A DNA stretch of 64,000 bases from a virus. The stretch lies in the IMG/VR virus record IMGVR_UViG_3300044712_000815, positions 64,001 to 128,000 of that record. One strand, given 5' to 3'. Position numbers and translations under genes: made by a program. Positions 1 to 10,206 of this stretch are shown piece after piece (positions within the stretch are counted from its first letter, which is position 1; every line of letters begins with the position of its first letter). The notes beneath the pieces were generated by a model. The model had not been told where the DNA came from, searched no databases, and saw only the letters and a list, made by a program, of their open reading frames with translations.

Positions 1-2
1 AA

Positions 3-242
3 TATAAAACAATGAGTGGTGCGGCATCTCCGGGTGCAGGTGCAGGTGGCGGTTTTGGTGGTGGCGGTGGCGGCCTAGGTGGAGCACAAATGGGTGGTGA
101 AATGCCTGGTGGAGCACAAATGGGTGGTGAAATGCCTGGTGGAGCACAAATGGGTGGTGGAGCACAAGGTGGTGGAGCACAAGGTGGTGGAGCACAAGGT
201 GGTGGAGCACAAGGTGGTGGAGCACAAGGTGCTGAATTTTAA
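3..242 (+). CDS. Gly-rich C-terminal end of a gene entering from the left edge; probably the portal protein tail
   Basis: Frame is open from nt 3 (tat aaa aca atg...); GGAQMGGEMP and GGGAQ repeats; lies upstream of protease and MCP as T4 gp20 does. The portal call is positional only. Confidence 0.45.
   Translation, partial: YKTMSGAASPGAGAGGGFGGGGGGLGGAQMGGEMPGGAQMGGEMPGGAQMGGGAQGGGAQGGGAQGGGAQGGGAQGAEF
78..230 (+). repeat. Coding tandem repeats: 30-nt unit x2 plus 15-nt ggtggtggagcacaa x5
   Basis: Directly visible in the sequence. Confidence 0.9.
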
Positions 243-258
243 AAAATAATTTTAAAAT

Positions 259-771
259 ATGTCATTAGATAGAAGAATAGTATCAATATTATATTACAAT
301 AATATATTTGATGTAAATAAAGTAGAAGAATTTATTGGAGAAAAGAATAATTTTTATGAAATAAAAATTGGTGGCAAAATAAAAAAACTTGAAATTCCAA
401 GTAAAGAATATAATCCTGAAAATTATTTCAATGATCTTAATAATGTTACGTTTGAAAAAAGAACTTTTATAATTCCGGTAAGTGATATATCAGAACAAGA
501 TGCAAAAGAATCAATCAAACAATTAATGAAAGAATATAATGACGATATAGAATTGAATCAATTTGATATTGTTGTTGATGATATTAAAGAAAATAAAAAA
601 TTAAAAGCAACTGAATCATTTGAAAAAGATTTAAAAAATTCTGAAATTGAAAAGAAAACAATTTTAGAAAAAAGCAAGAAATCAAATCCAAAAATATCTA
701 GTAAAAAAATTCAAATTGTAGATTCAAAAAAAATTGATGATGATCTTGATGATTTCATAAATATATTATAA
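259..771 (+). CDS. Hypothetical protein with an internal portal-like segment
   Basis: 170-aa ORF; KRTFIIPVSDISEQDAKESIKQLMKEYNDDI resembles a gp20-family portal motif (recalled, not searched). Confidence 0.6.
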   Translation: MSLDRRIVSILYYNNIFDVNKVEEFIGEKNNFYEIKIGGKIKKLEIPSKEYNPENYFNDLNNVTFEKRTFIIPVSDISEQDAKESIKQLMKEYNDDIELNQFDIVVDDIKENKKLKATESFEKDLKNSEIEKKTILEKSKKSNPKISSKKIQIVDSKKIDDDLDDFINIL

Positions 772-775
772 TAGC

Positions 776-806
776 AAAAAAACCAGTTAATTAACTGGTT
801 TTTTTA
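776..806 (+). terminator. Rho-independent terminator
   Basis: Palindrome aaaaaaaccagttaattaactggtttttt ending in a T-run. Confidence 0.85.
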
Positions 807-885
807 TTTTAAATATCAGATTATTTCAAAAGTAGAAAAAAGTGGTATTTTTTTACAAATATATAAAGAAAAAATTATAAAAATT

Positions 886-3234
886 ATGAAACCAGTCCTT
901 ATTGTAGAACATTGTATGGATGGTCTAAAATTAAAACCCGTAAATGAATCTCAAGATCCAAAAAAAGGTTATATTTTAAGTGGTACTTTCACCGAATTCA
1001 ATATTAAGAATAGGAACGATCGAGTTTATACTGCTGAAAAATTTTTACCACATCTTGATGAGTTATTGGCTCGTAAGAAACAGATGACCGTTGTTTATGG
1101 GGAATTTGACCACCCAGATGTGTTTGACACTTCATTATCAAGGGTTTCGCACACAATCGAAAACGCATTTTATGTTAAAGAATCAAATTTAGTAAAAGGT
1201 GAAATTAGATTACTCAATACACATTGGGGTAAAGAAGCGAAAGCACTTGTGGATGATGGTTGTCCAATTTTTGTATCATCTAGAGCTGCTGGTATCACAG
1301 AATCTGATGGTACTGTAACTGTTAAAAAACTTTTTACTTATGATGCCGTTGCTGACCCCGGTTTTTCATCAGCTAGAATGGAAGTTAAATCTATAAATGA
1401 AAGTTTAGGATTTAATGAAACCGCAAACTTTAGGATATATGATATATCTGACGAGTCAAAAATAAATGAATTATTTAGTATGAATCCAAATGACTTTGTA
1501 TCAAAAAAACACATGGTCGAGTATTCAAAGTATCTAACAAAGGAAATAGAAGATTTTAAAAGTACAATTAATGAAGCTATTAAAACAAAAAGTAATTATG
1601 ATCCTTCAAAGTTAGACCAAATGTTTACTTACTATGAAACTCTACATGAACAACAAACAAAAGTTGCAAAATATTTAGATTATCTTTCTGAAAAATTGCA
1701 AATTGTTGTAAATGAAAACGTCCAGTTGAAAAAAACAACAACAAAATTAATTGAACACAATGATTATCTTGCAGAAAATCTTGAAAAAGTAGGTAACTAC
1801 ACAGAATATATTGCAGAAAATCTTGACAAATCTATCGAATATGGTAAATATATTGCAGAAACCTTAGACAAAAATATCGACTTTTCTGAATACATTGCTG
1901 AACACGTAGATAAAAATATCAAATATTCAGAATACATTGCTGAAAATCTTGATAAAACAATAGATTATTCAGAATACATTGCTGAAAATCTTGATAAAAC
2001 AATAGATTATTCAGAATACATTGCTGAAAATCTTGATAATTCAATAGTATATGCAGAATATATTGCTGAAAATCTTGATAACAATATTGCATATTCAGAA
2101 TATATCGCTGAACATGTTGACAATAATATTTCATATTCGGAATATATCGCTGAAAATCTTGATGATTCAATGGCTTACACTAATTATATTGCTGAAAGTC
2201 TTGATAAAACAATTGAAAGATCAAAACTTCTTACAGAACAATTAAAAAATGGTAAAGTTCTTGAAAATTTCGATTTTATTAAAGATGAAGATATAAAAGG
2301 TGATGTAGATAAATATTATGAAGATGCAATTCCAACAGCAAATGCAGAAGAAACAGTAGATCAACCAATCACACCAGCAGAAGGTACAGAACCAGCAGAA
2401 GCTCCAGCAGAAGGTGCTCCAGCAGAAGGTGCAGAAGAAGTTCCAGCAGAAGGTGCAGAAGAAGTTCCAGCAGAAGGTGCAGAAGAAGTTCCAGCAGAAC
2501 TACCAACCGAAGAACCAAATGTTCAAGGTGAAGGTGGTGAAATAACTCCAGGTGAAACAGTTGCAATTGGTGATCAAACAGGTGAAGTTCTTGCCACTAA
2601 TCCACAAACAGGTATAATTGTAGTACAATTAGATACACAAGAAGAACCTGTTGAAGTTCAAGAATCAAAAGTTACCAGACTTGGTAGCAAATTAAGACTT
2701 GTCGAAAAGTCATTAAAAGAAAATCTAAATACATTGATCCAAGAAACTAAAAAACGTAAAGCTTCTGAAGATGATCAACCAAATTTCTTAATGTTCTTAA
2801 CTGAAAAACGTAAAGCAGCTTATTATTCATTGTCAAACGAAGACAAAACTAAGGTAAAAATCGCACTAAAAGAAAGCGAAGGAAAATACACTAGTGAAGC
2901 CCAAGTTATCGCAATTATAAATGAAGCTTTATCACCAAAAAGAAAATCATTTGATGAATTATTGCTTGATGCAATGCCATCTGAATTAAAACCTATATGG
3001 GAAAAATTAGATGCAAATGTCCAAGGTCAAATCCTTGCTACATCAAGATTATATAATGCATTGGATTCAGAACAAAAATTTGAAAGTTTTTGGTTAAGTA
3101 GAGACCTCGCACGTTACACAAACGAAAAACCTGCAAAACAATTAATCACTGAAAATCATATCGTAGATGATTCTAAATTAACTGAATCACAGATAGATCG
3201 TTTCAAATCAGTATTTAATAAATTGAATTCTTAA
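886..3234 (+). CDS. Prohead core protease (T4 gp21-like) fused to a scaffold-like region
   Basis: N-terminal KNRNDRVY, GEFDHP, VSH, VSSRAAG, TYDAVADPGF motifs; then coiled-coil with 14-aa EYIAENLDK repeats and a PAEG linker; directly upstream of MCP. Confidence 0.9.
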   Translation: MKPVLIVEHCMDGLKLKPVNESQDPKKGYILSGTFTEFNIKNRNDRVYTAEKFLPHLDELLARKKQMTVVYGEFDHPDVFDTSLSRVSHTIENAFYVKESNLVKGEIRLLNTHWGKEAKALVDDGCPIFVSSRAAGITESDGTVTVKKLFTYDAVADPGFSSARMEVKSINESLGFNETANFRIYDISDESKINELFSMNPNDFVSKKHMVEYSKYLTKEIEDFKSTINEAIKTKSNYDPSKLDQMFTYYETLHEQQTKVAKYLDYLSEKLQIVVNENVQLKKTTTKLIEHNDYLAENLEKVGNYTEYIAENLDKSIEYGKYIAETLDKNIDFSEYIAEHVDKNIKYSEYIAENLDKTIDYSEYIAENLDKTIDYSEYIAENLDNSIVYAEYIAENLDNNIAYSEYIAEHVDNNISYSEYIAENLDDSMAYTNYIAESLDKTIERSKLLTEQLKNGKVLENFDFIKDEDIKGDVDKYYEDAIPTANAEETVDQPITPAEGTEPAEAPAEGAPAEGAEEVPAEGAEEVPAEGAEEVPAELPTEEPNVQGEGGEITPGETVAIGDQTGEVLATNPQTGIIVVQLDTQEEPVEVQESKVTRLGSKLRLVEKSLKENLNTLIQETKKRKASEDDQPNFLMFLTEKRKAAYYSLSNEDKTKVKIALKESEGKYTSEAQVIAIINEALSPKRKSFDELLLDAMPSELKPIWEKLDANVQGQILATSRLYNALDSEQKFESFWLSRDLARYTNEKPAKQLITENHIVDDSKLTESQIDRFKSVFNKLNS
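1765..2210 (+). repeat. About 11 coding 42-nt (14-aa) repeats, (S/A)EYIAE(N/H)(L/V)D
   Basis: Visible at DNA and protein level. Confidence 0.9.
2374..2499 (+). repeat. PAEG / PAEGAEEV coding repeats
   Basis: ccagcagaaggtgcagaagaagtt x3 plus shorter units. Confidence 0.9.
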
Positions 3235-3262
3235 AAATAGAAAAAAATGATATTTTTTTAAG

Positions 3263-3274
3263 AATATATAAATA
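3263..3274 (+). promoter_or_regulatory. Putative late promoter AATATATAAATA (contains the T4 late consensus TATAAATA)
   Basis: About 55 nt upstream of MCP; a related ATATATA motif precedes many structural genes. Confidence 0.6.
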
Positions 3275-3326
3275 CTGTAAAAACTAAAGACATTATGTCT
3301 TTAACAAAAAAAATAAAGAAAAACAA

Positions 3327-5168
3327 ATGAATTTAATAGTAGACAATCAAAAAGCTATCGCAAAATGGAAACCTGTTTTGGAATCTCTAGGTGTTGATGA
3401 TCCTTACAGAATGAAATGGATGGCAGAGTACGCTGAAATGCACTCATTAAATGAAAACGTAGCTTATAGTACACTTGGTAACCTTAATGGTATGGGTGCT
3501 ATTCAAGCTGCACAACCATCAGCAACTCCAGGTTTAGTTTGGGGTGATTATGGTGCTGGTACTCCAGGTGGAATTGGTTCTGGTGATATTGGTCAGAATT
3601 TACTTCCAGTTTCAATGAAAATTGCTGCACAAACTATTGGTTTGGATTTAGTAGCTGTTAAACCAGCTTCATCACCAAAAGTTGATATGTTATTCGTAGA
3701 TTTCAAATATGATAACTTAAATGATAGCACATTGAAAGACGAAAGACCAATTATGTTCCAATTGAACTTATCAGGTGGTCTTACAACTTTGAACACAGCT
3801 TTAAAAGCAGCTATGGCAACTAAATTAGATGCTAATTCACAACCAGTAAGAGAAAAAATCGGTGGTTTAACTAATCCTATTTTTGTACACTTATCAGGTG
3901 GTACTTTAACAGTAAACAATACAACAGCTAACGTTGGTGCAACTAGTACATTGGCAGCTTATTTCTTAAAAGGTGCTCCTGTTACTGCTCCAATTATTCA
4001 AGGATTTGATCCAACATTGACCAATTATCCAGCTAATGGTACAAGCCCAGCAAAAGAAGGTTGGTTAGAATTTTTAGGATGGTCAAGAATTAATGGTTAT
4101 CCAATGTTTAGATGTTTCCGTCAATTTAACACAGGTGCAAATAACGCAGGTTTCGGTTTTGTTGATGATAGAAATACTTTCCCAACAGCAGCATATCCAA
4201 TCGTAGATATGTTAAACTCTAGTGTATCAATGCAAATTGCTACAACAGCAGCAGTTGTAACCGAAGTACCTTTAACAGGTGCAACTATTCAATTGGTTTC
4301 ATTGCTTGAAGATCATATTCCTGGTTTTTCAGCAGGTTGGTACTTAAACAAACCTATGACAAGAGATGAAGATGAAAGAACTTATCCAAACGTAATTGGA
4401 CCAGACATTTTCACAAAAACAATCCAAGTTGGTGATGTTGAAATTAGTTCAAGCTTAAAACGTACTCAAATTGAAGATATTAAAGCTGCAACAGGTATGG
4501 ATATCGTTCAAAAACTTGAATCAGTTCTTGTAAATGAACTTACTCAAACTATTAGCAAACAAATTATTTCTAAAGTAACTGAAATGGCTGACAAAAACCG
4601 TACAGCATGGACAACACCAAAAGACACTTTAGGTAATCCTAAATTTGACTTTAACGTTGATACATATTTAGCAGTTGGTGCAGCTACCCCAGGTGGTGAA
4701 ACTACTCATAGTATTCAAAGAAAATTGATTGCAAAAATCAATAACGCTTCTAACTTCATCGCAACTGAAGGTCGTGTTGGACCAGCTCAATACCTTGTAA
4801 CCAATGGTAATTTAGCATCAGTTATTCAAGATGTTGCTGGTTATACCCTTAACCCAGTAAAAGCTAACTTAAACGCTAATGGTCAATTATTCCCTATGGG
4901 TAATGTTGGTAATATTAGTATTTATGTTGACCCTTACCAAAGATGGGATGACAACAGAATCTTCTTAGGTCGTAAAAATAGTGTTGAACAACCAGGTTTG
5001 GTATTCGTACCTTATTTGATGGCACAGTCAATTCAACTTATTTCAGAAGCAACTTGGGCTCCAAGAATGTTGATTAGAAGCCGTTATGCAGTTGCAGACA
5101 TTGGATTCTTTCCTTGGAAACAATTTATGACTATAGTTGTTACAGACAGCGCAGGTGTACTTATCTAA
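3327..5168 (+). CDS. Major capsid protein (T4 gp23-like)
   Basis: KWKPVLE N-terminus, AAQTIGLDLVAVKP, ESVLVNELTQTISKQI, IYVDPY, GLVFVPY, RSRYAV; biased codon usage typical of high expression. Confidence 0.95.
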   Translation: MNLIVDNQKAIAKWKPVLESLGVDDPYRMKWMAEYAEMHSLNENVAYSTLGNLNGMGAIQAAQPSATPGLVWGDYGAGTPGGIGSGDIGQNLLPVSMKIAAQTIGLDLVAVKPASSPKVDMLFVDFKYDNLNDSTLKDERPIMFQLNLSGGLTTLNTALKAAMATKLDANSQPVREKIGGLTNPIFVHLSGGTLTVNNTTANVGATSTLAAYFLKGAPVTAPIIQGFDPTLTNYPANGTSPAKEGWLEFLGWSRINGYPMFRCFRQFNTGANNAGFGFVDDRNTFPTAAYPIVDMLNSSVSMQIATTAAVVTEVPLTGATIQLVSLLEDHIPGFSAGWYLNKPMTRDEDERTYPNVIGPDIFTKTIQVGDVEISSSLKRTQIEDIKAATGMDIVQKLESVLVNELTQTISKQIISKVTEMADKNRTAWTTPKDTLGNPKFDFNVDTYLAVGAATPGGETTHSIQRKLIAKINNASNFIATEGRVGPAQYLVTNGNLASVIQDVAGYTLNPVKANLNANGQLFPMGNVGNISIYVDPYQRWDDNRIFLGRKNSVEQPGLVFVPYLMAQSIQLISEATWAPRMLIRSRYAVADIGFFPWKQFMTIVVTDSAGVLI

Positions 5169-5188
5169 TTGATAATCACAATACTTTT

Positions 5189-5221
5189 AAAAAAGAAGGA
5201 ATTTATTCCTTCTTTTTTTTT
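5189..5221 (+). terminator. Rho-independent terminator after MCP
   Basis: aaaagaaggaat-tt-attccttctttt followed by a T-run. Confidence 0.85.
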
Positions 5222-5273
5222 GTTTATTGATATTAATATAAACTTTTGCGCTATTAAAATTTATATATAGTAT

Positions 5274-7250
5274 ATGATTTTAATAGACAAAATACAAATA
5301 ACTGTAACCAATAAAAATGTTGGTTATTATAATCAATTGGGTTATAATGTAAAATCTGGTGATATTATTGATGTTAATATTAATCATTTGCCAAAAACTT
5401 CCAAATTAATAATTGATGTTTCCTGTGATGAATGTAACAGAAAATATAATATATCATACTATTCATATTTAAGAAATATCAAAAATGAAATATATCACTG
5501 CAAAAAATGTTCTGGGATTCGATCAAAAGAAACAAATTTAAAAAAATATGGAGTTGATCATCCATTAAAATTAGAAGAATTTAAAGAAAAAACGAAAGAA
5601 ACTAATTTAAAAAAATATGGTGTAGAATATTCTATGCAAAATAAAGAAATTAGGGAAAAATCAAAAATCACAATAAATGAAAAGTATGGATCATTAGAAT
5701 ATATGTCAACAGATGATTTTAAAGAAAAATCAAAAATAACATTAAATAAAATATATGGGGTAGATTATCCACTACAGAATAATTCAATAAAAATTAAGGT
5801 TGAAAATACTTGTTTAGACCGATATTTAGCTAAATCACCATTTGAATCATATTTTATTAAGGATAAAATATCTAACACAAAAAAAGAAAGATATAATGAT
5901 GAATTTTATAATAATAGGATAAAATATAAACATACGTGTTTAGAAAAATTTGGATTTGAAAATCCAATGCAAAATGAATCAATAAAACAAAAATTATCTA
6001 ATATCATATTTGAAAAATATGGTGTATATTATCCATCGCAAAATGAATTAATTTATCAGAAAATGTTAAAAAATGGTTTACATATTTTTAAATATAAAGA
6101 TTCAGATATTTTTTATCAAGGAAAATATGAATTGGATTTTTTAAATAAATACTATGATAAAATAGATTTAAAAAGAGGCAAATCTATAAAATATATTTTT
6201 GATAATAAAGAATATACATATTATCCGGATTTTTATTTAGAAGATTTAAATTTGATAATAGAAATAAAATCATCATTTTGGTTTAATAAACACCATATTA
6301 AAAATTTGGAAAAACAAAAAAAATGCAAAGAAAATGGATTTAATTTTATATTTATAATAGATAAAAAATATGAAATATTTGATAAAATGATTGAACATAT
6401 AGTATATAATAAAGAACATTCTTGGCAATATGATTTAAGATTAAAATTATTAAAAGAAGATATAAAAAAAATTAATTTTAATTATGAAAATTTGAAAATA
6501 TCAGATTTTAATTTCGAATTTATAGAAAAAAATGATATTAGAACTAAAGAAATAGTCGAATTTATAAAAAAATATGAATGGCTTGGTAAAATGCCAAATA
6601 GACCCACACATAGGTTTATTGCGACATACAACAATATATTAGCTGGTGTTATTGTAATGTCAACACCAAATTCTTTTTCGATGATGTTGGGTGAAAATAC
6701 ACAAAATATAGAAAAACTCATTAGTAGAGGTGCTTGTGCATCTTGGACACCAAAAAATTTAGCTAGTTCATTATTAATGTGGTCCATTAATTGGATGGTT
6801 AAAAATACCGAATTTAGATTGTTTGAAGCATATGCTGACCCCGAAGCAAAAGAACTTGGCACTATATATCAAGCTTGTAATTTTTATTATGTTGGCGATA
6901 ATTTTGGTTCTGATAAATTATATTTTGATGTAGAAAAAGATAATGGGTGGGTTAACAATAGAAGTTTTAGAAAATTAAATTTTTATAAATCTTTCTTAAA
7001 AAAGAATAATATTGATTGGAATGATAATTGGAACAAAAAAACAACAATACTTTGGAATAATATACCAAGTGGTATTGTAGATATTATGAAAAAATATTCA
7101 TTAGAATGTATGAACAATTGTCTAGTTAGAAAGCCAAAAAATAAACATAAATATGCATATGTTATTGGTAATAGTAAGAAAGAAACTAAGATATTAAGAA
7201 AAAAGTTTGAAACTATAAATAAAATTTATAATTATCCAAAAAATAGATAA
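5274..7250 (+). CDS. Fusion: Zn-finger/KYGV-repeat PD-(D/E)xK endonuclease plus C-terminal Mom-like GNAT domain
   Basis: CDEC..CKKC; TNLKKYGV repeats; YYPDFYLEDLNLIIEIKS; C-terminal ISRGAC..TPKNLAS..AYADPEAKELGTIYQACNFYYVG resembles Mu Mom. Confidence 0.75.
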   Translation: MILIDKIQITVTNKNVGYYNQLGYNVKSGDIIDVNINHLPKTSKLIIDVSCDECNRKYNISYYSYLRNIKNEIYHCKKCSGIRSKETNLKKYGVDHPLKLEEFKEKTKETNLKKYGVEYSMQNKEIREKSKITINEKYGSLEYMSTDDFKEKSKITLNKIYGVDYPLQNNSIKIKVENTCLDRYLAKSPFESYFIKDKISNTKKERYNDEFYNNRIKYKHTCLEKFGFENPMQNESIKQKLSNIIFEKYGVYYPSQNELIYQKMLKNGLHIFKYKDSDIFYQGKYELDFLNKYYDKIDLKRGKSIKYIFDNKEYTYYPDFYLEDLNLIIEIKSSFWFNKHHIKNLEKQKKCKENGFNFIFIIDKKYEIFDKMIEHIVYNKEHSWQYDLRLKLLKEDIKKINFNYENLKISDFNFEFIEKNDIRTKEIVEFIKKYEWLGKMPNRPTHRFIATYNNILAGVIVMSTPNSFSMMLGENTQNIEKLISRGACASWTPKNLASSLLMWSINWMVKNTEFRLFEAYADPEAKELGTIYQACNFYYVGDNFGSDKLYFDVEKDNGWVNNRSFRKLNFYKSFLKKNNIDWNDNWNKKTTILWNNIPSGIVDIMKKYSLECMNNCLVRKPKNKHKYAYVIGNSKKETKILRKKFETINKIYNYPKNR

Positions 7251-7281
7251 ACAAATATGAAAAGTATTCATATAAATATAT

Positions 7282-8088
7282 ATGGATAAAATTAATATAA
7301 TTATCTTTTCGAAAGATAGAGCTTGTCAACTCGAATTATTTTTGCGATCAATGAAATTTTATTTCAAAGAATTTGATCAACATATTATTAATGTTTTGTA
7401 TACATATTCTGATAATACATTTAAAGATGGATATGATAAATTATTTTGTATACATAATGATGATAATATAAATTACATAAAAGAAAACGAATATCCATTC
7501 AAAAAATATGTTATATCACTATTAAATCAAGAAAATCCATATACTATATTTTTTGTAGATGATATTATATTTAAAAATAATTTTACATTAGATTGTAAAC
7601 AATTTGAATTGTTTACACACAACGATGATATTTTAACATTATCACTAAGACTACATCCACATTTGACTTATTGTTATGCTGCAAGTCACGTAATGAATCC
7701 ACCAAAGTTTGATTCTGATTTATTATTTAAATGGTATGGATCAGAAGGTGATTATGGTTATCCGATGTCGCTTGATGGTCATTTTTTCAGAACAAGTGAT
7801 ATTTTAACACTCACCACAATGATTAATTTCAATAATCCAAATTCATATGAAAGTATGTTGGCTTGTTATCCGATAAACAGAATGAAAATGCTTTGTTTTG
7901 AAGATTCGATAATTATAAATAATCCTATTAATAAAGTACAACACTTCAACAATAATGTACATGGTAATATATCAGCAGAATATTTAAATGATATGTTTTT
8001 AGATGGAAATATTATTGATTTTGAATATTTTAAAGAAATAAAAAATATTTCTTGTCATCAAGAAACAAAAATAAATTTTATAAAATGA
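7282..8088 (+). CDS. Putative GT-A fold glycosyltransferase
   Basis: IIIFSKDRACQL, FFVDDIIF, GYPMSLDGH motifs. Confidence 0.65.
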   Translation: MDKINIIIFSKDRACQLELFLRSMKFYFKEFDQHIINVLYTYSDNTFKDGYDKLFCIHNDDNINYIKENEYPFKKYVISLLNQENPYTIFFVDDIIFKNNFTLDCKQFELFTHNDDILTLSLRLHPHLTYCYAASHVMNPPKFDSDLLFKWYGSEGDYGYPMSLDGHFFRTSDILTLTTMINFNNPNSYESMLACYPINRMKMLCFEDSIIINNPINKVQHFNNNVHGNISAEYLNDMFLDGNIIDFEYFKEIKNISCHQETKINFIK

Positions 8089-8234
8089 TAAGTTTAAAAA
8101 AGAAATATTGGTATAAAACTAATATTTATGTTTGTGTATTATGTGGTATTGAAAAAAAACATAAAACACGAGTTTATTCTGAAAAAGAAAAGGGTATAGT
8201 GTTGCACGATGATATATGTTGGGAACACCTTTAA
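8085..8234 (+). CDS. Small Cys-containing hypothetical protein
   Basis: ATGA overlap with the upstream stop; CVLCG and CWEH. Confidence 0.5.
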   Translation: MISLKKKYWYKTNIYVCVLCGIEKKHKTRVYSEKEKGIVLHDDICWEHL

Positions 8235-8860
8235 AAAAAATAAAAAATATGTTAGAAATAATAAAAAAATATGAATTAGAATATTATTTAAAAATTCTTA
8301 TAACTGAAAATGAAGGTAATAATAACTATTATCACAATTTTCAACATATAACAACAGTAATGATGAATGTTTATCATATAGCATTACATGAAGATTTATC
8401 CCGAAAAAAAATCAGATTATTATTAATTGCTGCATTGTTTCACGATTTCAATCATTCTGGTGGAAAATTAAATGATTCTGAAAACATAAAATTAGCTATT
8501 GAAGCATTTGAAAAATATAGTAAAGAATCAGATAAACACAATAAATTTATTATTGATATTATTAAATGTACACAATATCCATACAATGTTGAAGAAGATG
8601 AAAATTTAACAAAATGCCAAAAAATTATAAGAGATGCAGATTGCTTACATAGTATTGAAGATAATTTTATTCAGCAAATTTTGTTCGGATTAAGTAAAGA
8701 AAGTGGTGGTAATTTAACTATAACAACATTAAAAAATCAAATAAAATTTATGGAAGAATTAAAAGTATTTACTTCTACTGGAAAATCTAAATATAAATCA
8801 AATTTATCTAAAAAAATTAATGATTGTAAATATTTAATTAAAATTTTAAATGGAAAATAA
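8216..8860 (+). CDS. HD-domain phosphohydrolase (true start probably 8249)
   Basis: YHNFQH, AALFHDFNHSG, IIRDAD. Confidence 0.85.
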   Translation: MLGTPLKKIKNMLEIIKKYELEYYLKILITENEGNNNYYHNFQHITTVMMNVYHIALHEDLSRKKIRLLLIAALFHDFNHSGGKLNDSENIKLAIEAFEKYSKESDKHNKFIIDIIKCTQYPYNVEEDENLTKCQKIIRDADCLHSIEDNFIQQILFGLSKESGGNLTITTLKNQIKFMEELKVFTSTGKSKYKSNLSKKINDCKYLIKILNGK

Positions 8861-9095
8861 TATAGAAATTTTAAATGATCTATCAGATAAAATATTTGAA
8901 GATGCAATAAAAAATGGAATTCTTTCTGATATAGAAAGTGATAAAAATTATGCTGGATATTTTATGTATATGTATAGTATTAATAATATACACTATTTTA
9001 AACATAAAATGACTAGAAAATATGGTTATGATTATGATACAATAATGGAAGCGTGTAATTTGTGGTATGCATCAAGAAAAAAAACAATATTATGA
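8850..9095 (+). CDS. Hypothetical protein
   Basis: ORF coupled to its neighbours. Confidence 0.6.
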   Translation: MENNIEILNDLSDKIFEDAIKNGILSDIESDKNYAGYFMYMYSINNIHYFKHKMTRKYGYDYDTIMEACNLWYASRKKTIL

Positions 9096-9898
9096 AAAAT
9101 AAAATTAAAATAATAGATCATATGTTTGCCCATGCGAAATATAGTACGGATTATCAAGAATCTGAATATATTGATTGGGATAGAACACCAATATTACCAA
9201 CTGATGATACGATATTCTATACAGATTATAGTTTAGATCAGGTTAGATCAAATAAAACAACATATGCTTGGTTATTGGAATCACCAGATATAACAACACA
9301 ATCATATAATTGGATTTCTAATAATAACAAAAAATTTACCAAAGTTTTAACACATAGCAAAGAATTATTAGATCGGGGCGAAAATTTTATATTTTGCCCT
9401 ACTGGTGGTTGTTGGATTAAACCCGAAGATCAAAAAATATATGAAAAAACAAAAATAATTTCAATAATTGCATCAGCAAAAAGAATGACCCGTGGTCATT
9501 TGTTAAGACATCAAGCTATTCAACAATTTAAAAATATTGATGTATATGGTAGAGGATATAATCCAATTGATTATAAATTAGATGGATTAAAAGATTATGC
9601 ATTTTCTTTAACTATTGAAAATACAAAAAAAGATTATTATTTCACAGAAAAATTAATTGATTGCTTTATGACAGGAACAGTACCTATATATTGGGGATGT
9701 CCATCAATAGACAAAATATTTCATCCTGATGGTATGATATTTTTTGATAATGTTGATGAACTTGATAATATATTAAACAATTTGTCTTTAGATAAATATA
9801 ATTCAATGAAAGATGCAATTTTATATAATTTTTTTATGGCAAAACAATATAGAATAGCAGAAGATTATATTTATAAAAAAATAATAAATAAAATATGA
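9092..9898 (+). CDS. GT10-like (fucosyltransferase-type) glycosyltransferase
   Basis: YAFSLTIEN..DYYFTEKLIDCF..GTVPIYWG. Confidence 0.85.
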   Translation: MKNKIKIIDHMFAHAKYSTDYQESEYIDWDRTPILPTDDTIFYTDYSLDQVRSNKTTYAWLLESPDITTQSYNWISNNNKKFTKVLTHSKELLDRGENFIFCPTGGCWIKPEDQKIYEKTKIISIIASAKRMTRGHLLRHQAIQQFKNIDVYGRGYNPIDYKLDGLKDYAFSLTIENTKKDYYFTEKLIDCFMTGTVPIYWGCPSIDKIFHPDGMIFFDNVDELDNILNNLSLDKYNSMKDAILYNFFMAKQYRIAEDYIYKKIINKI

Positions 9899-10206
9899 AA
9901 TTAGGTGAATTTATAGAAAAATTTAGTCACAATAATTTGATTAGACTTGTGTATAAACACAAAGGTGGAAATGAAATTGTATTAGAAACGTGGGATGATG
10001 TTTCAATGGATTGGGAAGTAAATAAAGGGAAAGGTAAAAATAGACATTATATAAATAATGAAGTGCTTGGATTGGCTTCAATTTGTGGGATAGGTCATTA
10101 TCCTGAAGCAATAAATATTATTATTGAAAGATTAGATAATCAACCATTTATTGATGAAATTATTGATGAAAGTAATTATAATTGTACTATGAATAATTAT
10201 GAATGA
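9895..10206 (+). CDS. Hypothetical protein
   Basis: ORF overlapping both neighbours. Confidence 0.65.
   Translation: MKLGEFIEKFSHNNLIRLVYKHKGGNEIVLETWDDVSMDWEVNKGKGKNRHYINNEVLGLASICGIGHYPEAINIIIERLDNQPFIDEIIDESNYNCTMNNYE

Noticed and set aside
1765-2210. 42-nt repeats as a CRISPR array
   Set aside because: They are in-frame coding repeats with synonymous variation and no unique spacers; no cas genes are present
1919-3919. Antisense or alternate-frame ORFs 1919-2170, 2051-2245, 2369-2566, 3593-3919 and similar ones elsewhere
   Set aside because: They lie wholly inside well-supported genes and reflect repeats or codon bias
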